Assembly (NCBI GenBank): GCA_051313645.2
Contig: JBNRSN020000006.1
Coordinates: 55,180,001 to 55,244,000 of the forward strand
Direction: 5' to 3'
Length of the DNA: 64,000 nt
Origin: Centroscyllium fabricii
Lineage: Eukaryota
The notes beneath the pieces were generated by a model, which saw only the letters and a program-made list of their open reading frames with translations, did not search any database and was not told the DNA's origin. Made by a program: the position numbers and the translations under genes. This document shows, piece by piece, positions 50,292-60,572 of the stretch (within the stretch, counting starts at the first letter, position 1; each line of letters begins with the position of its first letter).

Positions 50292-51710
50292 TAGAATCAT
50301 AGAGGATAGGAGCAGGAGTAGGCCATTTGGCCCCTCGAGCCTGCTCCGCCATTCAATGAGATCATGGCTGATCATCCAAATTCAGTACCCTGTCCCTGCC
50401 TTCTCCCCATATCCCTTGATCCCTTTATCCTTAAGAAATATATTCAACTTCTTCTTGAATATATTTAATGAATTGGCCTCAACTGCCTTCTGTGGTAGAG
50501 AATTCCACAGGTTCACCTCTCTCTGGGTGAAGAAATTCCTCCTTATCTCTGTCCTAAATGGCTTACCCCTTATCCTTACACTGTGACCCCTAGTTCTGGA
50601 CTCCCTGACCATTGGGAACATCCTTTCTGCATCTAGTCTGTCTAGTCCTGTTAGAATTTTATAAGTTTCAATGAGATCCCAACTCATTCTTCTAAACTCC
50701 AGCGAGTATAAACCCAATCGACCCAATCTCTCCTCATACGTCATTCCTGCCATCCCAGGTATCAGCCCGGTGAATCTTTGCTGCACTCCCTCCATGGCAA
50801 GAACATCCTTCCTCAGATAAGGTGACCAAAACAGCACACAATACTCAAGATGTGGTCTCACCAAGGCCCTGTACAACTGCAACAAGACATCCTTGTTCCT
50901 GTACTCAAACCCTCTGGCTATGAAGGCCAACATACCATTTGCCGCCTTAACCGCCTGCAGAACCTGCATGCTTACCTTCAGCGACTGGTGCACAAGGACA
51001 CCCAGGTCTCGTTGCACTTCCCCTTCTCCCAATCTATTGCCATTCAGATAATCTGCCTTCCTGTTTTTGCCACCAAAGTGGATAACCTCGCATTTATCCA
51101 CATTGGGCAGAAGCATGGCAGATGCAGTATAATCACCCAACCTGTCCAATTCATACTGGAGTTTCTCGGTATCCTCCTCACAGTACATGTGCCCACCCAG
51201 ATTTGTGTCGTCTATAACATGGAGATATTAAATCGAGTTCCCTCGTCTAGATCGTTAATATATACTGTGAATAGCTGGGGTCCAAGGACCGATCCCTGTG
51301 GTACCCCACTAGTCACTGCCTGCCACTCGGAAAAAGACCCGTTTATTCCAACTCTTTGCTTTCTGTCCGCCAACCAGTTCTCTATCCAAGTCAATACCTT
51401 GCCCCCAATCCCATGTGCCTTAACTTTACACGCTAATCTCTTATGCGGGACCTTATCAAACACCTTTTGAAAGTCCAAATACACCACATCCTTATCTATT
51501 TTACCAATTACATCTTCAAAAAATTCCAGTAGATTAGTCAAGCACGATTTACCCTTTGTAAATCCATGCTGACTTTGTCCGATCCGGTCGCTGTTTTCCA
51601 AGTGCTCTGCTGTTACACCTTTTATAATCGACTCTAGCTTTTTCCCCACTACCGATGTCAGGCTTAATTCCCCGCTGTAATTCCCCGTGTTCTCTCTACC
51701 ACCTTTTTTT
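50292..51710 (-). mobile_element. Young CR1 LINE RT fragment plus 3' UTR
   Basis: [56 protein letters not shown]. Confidence 0.95.
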
Positions 51711-51824
51711 CTTAGACTGGCCTGTTAGAAATGCTCTTGGAACAGAGTCCAACATGACATTGAGTGACTCAATGTAGAGCTCTGACTTTGATCCTTCCAA
51801 AGGACCAGGAAGTTCTATAGTGAG

Positions 51825-52335
51825 AGAACATAGAACATATACATAGAACATAGAACATACAGCACTGTACAGGCTCTTGGGCCCTCAATGTAGTGCCGCC
51901 CTTATTCCGTCTCTGATTTTTCCTGTCCCCCCTACTGTTCCTTCCCTTCCATGTACCTGTCTATCATCCTTTTAAAAGCACCCAGACTGTCCGCATCCAC
52001 TATTTCAGATGGTAGCCTATTCCATTCCCCGACCACTCTTTGTGTGAAGAACTTGCCCCTGCCATCCCGTCTGAATCTTCCTCCTTGAATCTTGTGCTCG
52101 TGTCCTCTTGTTGTCGTTCTTCCCGCCCGGGGAAACAGTCTTTGCACATTTACTCTGTCGATCCCCTTCATCATTTTATACATCTCTATCAGGTCCCCCC
52201 TCTTCCTTCTTCGTTCCAGGGAGAAGTGTCCCAGTTCCCTTAACCGTTCCTCGTATGACTTTCCCCCCATTCCCGGCAGCATCCTCGTGAATCTCCTCTG
52301 CACTCTTTCCAGTGCCTCCACATCCCTCCTGTAGA
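51825..52335 (-). mobile_element. CR1 3' fragment of a divergent subfamily
   Basis: LERVQRRFTRMLP, RGDLIEMYK, FFTQRVVGEWNRLP. (catagaa)n tail and a different 3' UTR. Confidence 0.9.
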
Positions 52336-54646
52336 ACTGAGGTTGTTAAAGTTTAAATCTTTGTGGTGCAAACTTTGTGCATCCAAAGCAGCTGACCCTG
52401 TTTGCACAGTCCTCTGCAGCGCGCACCCATGTTATTAAGTTTATGAGCAATACGATTGTTCCAGCAGGCATCTAGAAGTGATCCAGTTTAGTCAGGACTT
52501 TACTATCTGCTCTGACTGGGAACCAAGGCGTTTTGTTCTCGCAGCAATCAAATTGGCACATAGACTAGTTCTGAGTTTAATTACCACCTCCGTACTTTCA
52601 AAAATATTAGTTTTGTATCTCAAACACCCCAGAAACCATGGCAATACTTTATGAAACACTTTATTAAAAAAAATAAAAAAATTAAACTATTTAAAATACT
52701 TTCAGACGCCCCTACCACTTCTGGTTTTAATGGAAAGAAATTTGGAATTAAAACCAAATATGACTAGTAAGTAAGTGATTTAAAAAAACATGGTATATAA
52801 AACTGGGAGGGTACAGTTCAGTCTGAGGAGCTCTGATGACTTGATTATTGTGGTTTGTTAGCAGAATAATGCTGTACTCCAGGTTGCTTCCTCTTTTTTG
52901 AGGTGAGGAAAAAAATACTTTGAAAGCGGAGTAGTTAACGGTTTAGGTCTCACAAACAAAGTTCTGACTGTAAAGAATCTGATATTGAACACCTCAAACC
53001 GTAGACTGGTTTGAGTAGAATTGTGGCTGCTGGGTAAAACATAGAAATGGACATCTTGACAAATGGGCAACACTGCATCCACTTTCACTAAATGTTCTCT
53101 GTAGGTAGAAGCTGTTCAGAGGAATATTGGGAGTGACTGCAATGGAAAAGACAATCGGGCGGAGTGTAAATTGCTAGTGGCCAAGCCAGATTTCACCCCA
53201 TTCTTTAGAGCCATGCGTTTGTGCAAAACAAATTCAGGGAGATCTGTCAAATAGTCAAGGTACTCCCATTTACAATGCCATGTTAATTTTGAGGGATGCA
53301 GATGCGAGGTAGGATGTAGCAAGTCCAGAGTTTATTTCGGGCTGATCAACGAACTTTAAGCAGACTTGATTAATCGTGGTTTGGACCACTAGCGGCCATG
53401 TACCTGTATCAGTGTAATTTGTGTAAGAATCAGAAATTGTCATGTTAAAGTTTAGAAAGGTCAACTATGTTCAGTTTTTAGTTTTCATAATTCTAACCGT
53501 AGTATCGGTTTCAGTTCTTATTAAATTTTGATAGTCACAGTGTTTGCTGTCGAGGGAAAACATTTAGAACTCTTGTTTATAGGCAGTCATAATACTGTAT
53601 TGCAGACAAGTCTTATATATCCAGTATGATGATTTTGAAGCCTGTATTTATACTGACTGCTGTACTGCTCTAGTGGCCCAGTATTCGCCACCTGGAAAAG
53701 GGAAGAACAAAGTGCCATTTCTGCATGGTTTTCTGGAACTTGGTACCTGTAGATTAAAAGATGTGTTCTTGTGGCGACTTGCTGATATTTTATCATCAGA
53801 TGCCTGTTAAATATTGAGGAAGTAATAGTGAGATAATGATTCCCCTGATTCACACATGCAGGGCTATTTTAATATTTCAAACAGGAAGCAAGATATTTTC
53901 TTGCATTTCATTGCCAGGTTGGATTCAGTATTTTAAATTTAAGGTGAAACCTATAGTCTTATTTCAGAAGAAAATAAGATATATATTTATCAACTATATC
54001 AATTATGATGGACTGGTTCTCCCCTTGGCCCAGAGAGGGAATATTGTGTTCTTGTTCCTGGTGGTTCTTCTTCTTCGTGTCCATATACAAAGCTATTCAC
54101 AGATCCCTGGTTGTAGCGTTTCCTTGTCTGGGAGTTGGTTGAGGATGCAATAGAAATGCCCACAGATGATCACTGTCTCGGCTCTAGTATGAGAAATGTC
54201 CACTTGGGTGATTTGATTTAACAGAGTTTGGGGGGGTGGGGGCAAGGGGAGAGTGGGAGGAAAAGGAAGGAAATCGTCGACAGTTTCCCTTCCAAAAGAC
54301 TTTTTTGATTCAAGAGCTATTGAGACATTATCCCATTTCTTGCTGTTTAAGCCTTTCATTATCAGTAGTGGATTGCTTACCCAGTCACACATACAATACT
54401 GCAGATATTAAATTAGATTTAAAACAAAACCAGAAAATGCTAGAAATACTCAGCAGGTCAGCCAGCATCTGTGAAGAGGAAAATCAGGGTTTTTAGGAAT
54501 CAGTTAAAAAGAGGAGGAGGAGGAAACAAATCCACAGTGAAAAATACTCCACAAATAAGTTTTGCTGTGGGGGGAAAATGGTGACAGTGTTCACTTTTTA
54601 AGTGGGGCTTACATTTTTCTAAAGGAAGCATAACCAGGCCTAAGCA

Positions 54647-55127
54647 TATCACCAGGCTGATACCGGGGATGGCAGGAATGACGTATGGGGAGAGATTGAG
54701 TCGATTGGGCTTATACTCACTGGAGTTCAGACGATTGAGAGGGGATCTCACCGAAACCTATAAAACTCTCAGGCCTGGACAGACTGGAGGCAGGAATGAT
54801 GTTCCCGATGGTCGGGGAGTCCAGAATCAGGGGCCATAGTCTAAGGATAAGGGGAAAGCCATTTAAGACTGAGATGAGGGGGAATTTCTTCACCCAGAGA
54901 ATGGTGAACCTGTAGAATTCTCTGCCACAGAGGGCGGTGGAGGCCGGTTCATTAAATATATTCAAGAAGGAGTTGGATATATTTCTTCAGGCTGAAGGAA
55001 TCAAGCGATATGGGGAGAAGGCAGGGACAGGGTACGGAATCTGAAAGATCAGTCATGATCTAATTGAATGGCAGAGCAGGCTCGAAGGGCTTAATGGCCT
55101 ACTCCTGCTCCTATCTTCTATGTTTCT
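54647..55127 (+). mobile_element. CR1 3' fragment
   Basis: Matches the reverse complement of 50292-50775. Confidence 0.9.
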
Positions 55128-55913
55128 AACCTTTAAACACAATATTTGAATGTGTGGGGATGCAGGCAACAAAATCAACTATTTAGTCCTTTTTCTCTTG
55201 GAAAAATAAACCTTTGCAGTAGGCAGTAAAAATATAAAATCAATAATAAGTAGATACTGCCAGTCATGGAACTTTAGTGTTATGCAATATCCTGTGGCTT
55301 TCAGCCCAGTTTAATATTTTGTGTGCAGCTGTGCTGTCTGATTTTTGTTTTATAACATTTATTTGGCCTTTGGGTTGCAGCTGAAATATGGTTGTACACC
55401 ATTTAGTTACTTTGTATTATGACTAACGTATGTCGTAAATTATTGTGACCAGTTGGGAGTCCCATTTGTCGGTGGGAGGCACTAAAATAATAGAGACCTT
55501 CAGTTGAATCTAGGTTGCCACTAAAAGTACAGGGTAATGCATTTGGTGGGGCAGTAGCTGTGTACTCAGTTGCCGAGTTTACTGCAGATTCTATTATTCT
55601 ATTCAGTGACCTCAAAATGGAGGATTTCTTTGTTTTTGTTTCAGGCCGACCTGATACTAAAATGTATAATCTTTGATTTTGTGAAACTATTCCGACCAAT
55701 TGATGAGAATTTATATGTTAAGAACGGCGAGATGTTCTTGAGGGAGGCTTGAGGTCTCAAACTCGAGCAAGTTTCCTCTAAATGACCATAATATAGCCTG
55801 ATGACAATGGAGTCAAAATGGAGAAGGCCCCAGAAATAATATAGCAGGCTTGTTAACTAGGTAATTTAAAAGGCAGGTTGAAAATGTAAATAGGATTTTT
55901 AGAGATGCATATA

Positions 55914-56118
55914 CAGGTTGTGCACCATTAATCCGCCACGGGCAGGACCAGGCCCGTGCCGGGAAACTGAAAAAAACAGGAGAACGAGGTTGGACACTGC
56001 GCATGCGCACCAGTCAAAATGGCCGCGCGCATGCGCACAACATTGGGATTGGCTGGCGCAGATCATTCACAATGGCCGCTGCGAAGTTTTTAATGATCTG
56101 CGCATGCGCTGCCGAACA
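55914..56118 (+). mobile_element. Truncated MITE copy 5 (left end only)
   Basis: TA|CAGGTTGTGCACCATTAATCC. The first 140 bp or so are near-identical to the start of copy 7. No right TIR. Confidence 0.8.
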
Positions 56119-56726
56119 GGACTTTTGCTTTGCCTCTTAGAACTGAGGCTTTATAATTCCTTAGGAATAGGTTTGAAATGTGACTTGAGGTAAAATTATT
56201 TTTCAGCTAATAACCGTGCCAAAGTTTAAATCCTCACTAACCCTCTCTAAATTGGATGCAAAATATGAGCTAGTCTGCACTAAAATAAGAAAATAATTGA
56301 ATTCCTAGAGTGGGTCTGTTTTTAAGATTTTTAATGCCTTTTGGATCACTAGTTACATTTTTTGAACACTACTTTTTTTAAACCTGCTGATGTCTGAGAG
56401 CAAAAACCAGTGCAGCTTAAACTTATTCCTGTGCATCCCCCAACCCTTCGCCTCCTCTTTAGCCGCCTAGGCCCCCACTCTGCAATTACCTCTCTGGACC
56501 TTTCCACTGCCTCATCCTTTTAAGACCCTCCGTAAAACTAACTTCTTTGAGCAAGCTTTTGGTTACCTCCCCATATATCTCAACTTTGGCATGGCATCTA
56601 TTTGTCGATTATGCCTCTGTCCATCGCTTTGGGGCATTTTTCGAATTTTAAAGGAACTATATAAATTTTTAATTTTTTTCCTCCTCCTCCTCCAATTAGA
56701 AAGAAAGACCGATTTGCATTTATATG

Positions 56727-57191
56727 CAGGTTCTGCACTGTTCATCCATTATCCGATAAGCCGGCAGCTTCAGTCTTCCGGAACAAATTGCCAAGACTGC
56801 CCTGCGCAAAATGGCTGCCGTGATTGTTGCTTCAGGGAATGATCTGCGCATGCGCTGCCGAACGGCGAGCCGGGGCTTCCCGAGCCTTGCCGTACCGAGC
56901 TGGGGCTTCCCGAACCGGGCCTCGTGTTATCGAGCCGGGGCTTCCCAAGCCGGGCCTCGCTTCACCTTACCGAGCCGGGGCTCCCTGAGCCGGGCCTTAC
57001 CGAGCCTCCTCGCGCCAGCCTTACCGAACGATAAGTGCATGCGCAGACCACTCAAAATGGCCACCAGCCTTTCGTGGTGGCCATTTTGAATGGTCCGCGC
57101 ATGCGCTCGCCGAAGCTTCAATCGTTCGGGATTTTCACTTTCCAGGCACGGGCCTGGTCCCACCCGTGCCGGATTAACAGTGCTCAACCTG
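56727..57191 (-). mobile_element. MITE copy 6, inserted in a SINE tail
   Basis: TG|CAGGTTCTGCAC...GTGCTCAACCTG|TA. The flanks rejoin to ttgcatttatatagcgcctttcacg. Confidence 0.82.
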
Positions 57192-57564
57192 TAGCGCCTT
57201 TCACGACTACCAGACGTCTCAAAGCGCTTTACAGCCAATGAAGTACTTTTGAAGTGTAGTCACTGTTGTAATGTGGGAAACGCAGCAGCCAATTTGCGCA
57301 TAATTACAATAATTTCAAGAATGAAAAGAAATTACAACAACTTGCATTTATATAGCACCTTTAACATAGTAAAACATCCCAAGGCGCTGCACAGGAGCCT
57401 CATCAGACCAAAAATAGGCTTCTCCGTCTCCTCGTTTTTCTCCAGTTCCTCCTTCCGTTGGAGAGCCTGAACCAATTCATGTTATTGCAGTGGGACGTTA
57501 GAGTGACTATAACGACGGAAAGCTACTATACACCTTGCTGAAGGTTTTTTTTTTAATTTTTCAG

Positions 57565-57679
57565 ATTCATAATCGCTACGAAGGAAAAGACATCTCGAAA
57601 CACAAGCGGAACTTGGCAATCACTGGAGGTGTGACGTTATCTGTAATTGTTTCTCCTGTTGTTGCTGCAGTAACTGTCG
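57565..57679 (+). CDS. RNF19A: RNF19A coding exon 5: second hydrophobic segment (not in the ORF track); gene continues beyond the window
   Basis: Acceptor taatttttcag. Reads [38 protein letters not shown](G). Donor G|gtaagg. 115 nt, phases 0 to 1. I saw no further exon before 64000. Confidence 0.95.
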
Positions 57680-57698
57680 GTAAGGAAGCAAATTACCT

Positions 57699-57747
57699 TT
57701 CAACAATGTAGATCTCTGTTCAACAATGTAGATCTCTGTTCAACAAT
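57699..57747. repeat. 20-bp tandem duplication just downstream of the exon donor
   Basis: (ttcaacaatgtagatctctg)x2 followed by ttcaacaat. Confidence 0.9.
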
Positions 57748-57983
57748 CATTGGGTAATAGAGGTAGCTGCATTTATTGGTAGTTGATAATTGCTTCTTGT
57801 AAAGGCAATATTCTGGACAAAATTGAAGCACAATCAGGATAAATGTCACTTCACTGCAATATTTTTAGCTACCAAAAATGGGCTGGTGTGCAGTTTGAAT
57901 CTGTGCACTGTATGCTTCACTGTTATTCTCTGATTTATTAAGTGTTGTGCTGTGTCTCCCTCCTTTGAAATTGTTTACTGGTA

Positions 57984-58513
57984 CAGGTTGTGCACCATTA
58001 ATCCGCCACGGGCGGGACCAGGCCCGTGCCGGGAAACTGAAAAAACCGGGAGAACGAGGTTGGACACTGCGCATGCGCACCATTCAAAATGGCCGCGCAC
58101 ATGCGCACAACATTGGGATTGGCTGGCGCGCGCATGCGCAGATCGGGCCTGGGTCCACCTTCCCTCCATCGCCTTTCGGGTTGCTGCTGCCGCCGAGCCG
58201 GACTCAGGCTGACAGCTGTTGCCTAGTGACTGTCCGCCTCAGTCATGGGGCTCAGCTGTCGAGAAAATAACCGGCGGCCGTATTGAATTATCTGCGCATG
58301 CACTAACCGTCCGGCGACGCATGCGCAGATCATTCAAAACACCCGGCAGCCGTTTTGAATGATCTGCGCATGCGCTCGGCGCATGCGCAGATCATTCGCC
58401 GAAGCCATGATGGCGGCTGCCATCTTGCGCATGCGCAGTGCAGTCGGGGCAATTTGTGCTGGCAGACTGAAGCTGCCGGCTATTCGGAACACGGATTTTC
58501 GGTGCACAACCTG
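57984..58513 (+). mobile_element. pogo/Tigger-like MITE copy 7
   Basis: TA|CAGGTTGTGCACC...GGTGCACAACCTG|TA, with many GCGCATGCGC motifs. Confidence 0.9.
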
Positions 58514-59724
58514 TATACAAAATATTTACTAACTTGTTAAAGGATTTTCATTGTTTTATGTGGGCCAAAGATTTTTTTTCCTATTAAGGTTTGGCACTGA
58601 AGCTGTGAGGGAGCAGTATATTGTTTCTCAGGCTGGGTTTGTTCGCATAGTAATGATTTGCCAAATTACATCGTTTGTATCTTTATCAAATATATTTATT
58701 TAAAATAGCCATATTCAGAAAATGCAGCTCTTACTTGGCCACGCTCCTCTAACTTCAGAGAACTGTATTTACTTTGATGAAATGTATTGTGTTTTGTTTT
58801 TACATTTTCAGATTTTGGAGAAGAAAGGAAACATTTTAAGAGAACTTGACATTTTTGTGGTGTTTCAGGTCCACCTCTGTAACTCTGTTCTGAGATCCTA
58901 GCTTATCTGGGTCTCTGCTATTTACTCCTTTTTATTTGGCACATGGTGAGCCAGGATGTATAAGTTAATGGATTTCTTGATACTGTGACCTTGACGTTTC
59001 TCGTCATGTGCCATATTCTTGCCAGAATTAAAATAAGGAAAGGCCCGAATTGGAGCTTTGAAAAAGAAGGGGCTTGCCTTTAATAAGGCGTCACAAAGCA
59101 TTTTACAACCAATGGTTTAATTTTTGATATGTATTAATGTTGTTTTGTAGGCCAGGGTGAGGACTCAACTAAACTAAGATGACATTTGTGGAAACTTTGT
59201 GATGGTCTGAGTTGGTGGCGCTTGGTCATGCCTGGGTAATTTGGGGGGTGGGGGGTGCGCCGTCATTGTCCCGGGAACGAGCTGTCAGTTTATGATTGGC
59301 TTGAGCTTGGCCTTCTGGCATGTGCCGGACTCTAAATTTAGGGTGTGATAGTTATGCAAATTGAAGTAGAACTTCCTTGCCCTGCAATTCCCAAGATTGC
59401 TTCAGAAATGTGTTATCACGGACTGCCAGGCGCACTTCCAATGTTGCATCGTGGCCTGCAGCACTGAGTTATTTAATGGCGTACCTTGCTGTTTCCTGAG
59501 CGAGCATAAGCTACCATTTTTGCATTTTTCATTTTGCTTTTACATAGAAGTTTGGTGCATTTTTAGTTTTTTGTATTTAAAAATTAGTTTTTTCTCACGT
59601 TACACCTCATACCATTCAAAGGATTGTGAATGTCAATTGAAACAGGAATGGGCATTCCTCTGGGAATTCCTTTAACCTTTGGGTAGCGAGAGAATGAGGT
59701 GGTGTTCTGTAGAATTCTCTGGTT

Positions 59725-60572
59725 TCAAGACACAAAGCTGAGAGGGTAAAGGGCAACTATTCAGAGTGGCGGAAGGTGGGAAATGGTGTTCCACAAGGAT
59801 CAATGCTGGGGCCACTTCACAATTTATATTAACAATTTAGACTTTGGAATCACAAACACAATTTCTAAATTTGCTAATGACACCAATTTGGGGTGGGGCG
59901 GGGGAATAGTCAATATTGAGGACTATGACAAATTGCAAGAAGACAGTAATAAACTTAAATAGGCATATAATTGGCAAATGAAATTCAACACAGATAAATG
60001 TGAGGTGCTACATTTTAAGAAAAATAGGGAGGTCACATATTACTTGGAAAATCCAAATCTAAGTGGGGTAGAGGGGCAAAGGGATCTCTGAGTACAAATG
60101 CACAAATCACACAAAGTAGTGACACAGGTTAACAAGGCCATAAAAAAGCAAACCAAGCTCTGGGGTTTATTTCTAGAGGGATTGAATTGAAAAGTAGAGA
60201 AGTTATGCCAAACTTGTATCGAACCTTAGTTAGACCACACTTGGAGTACTGTGTACAATTCTGGTTGCCATATTCTAAAAGGATATAGAGGCACTGGAGA
60301 GGATGATACCAGATGTCGCCAATAGGCAATTCAGAAGGAACTTCTTTACCCAGAGAGTGGTGAGAACGTGGAACTCGCTACCACAGGGAGGAGTTGAAGC
60401 GAATAGTATAGATGTGTTTAAGAGGAGGTTATATAAGTATAAGGAGGGAGAAAGGAATGGAGGGTTATGCTGATAGTTAGATGAGGAAAGACGGGAAGTG
60501 GTTCGAGTGGAGCATAAATGCCGACATGGACTGGTTGGGCCGAATGTCCTGTTTCTGTGCTGTATGTCCTAT
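59725..60572 (+). mobile_element. Old CR1 RT/3' fragment
   Basis: KFANDT, WQMKFNTDKCEV and LVRPHLEYCVQFW remnants, with an internal deletion. Tail tgtatgtcctatg. Confidence 0.85.

Noticed and set aside
50382-51188. Longest ORF (268 aa) as a functional gene
   Set aside because: It is a 5'-truncated CR1 RT C-terminus with upstream frameshifts, deletions and a micro-inversion.
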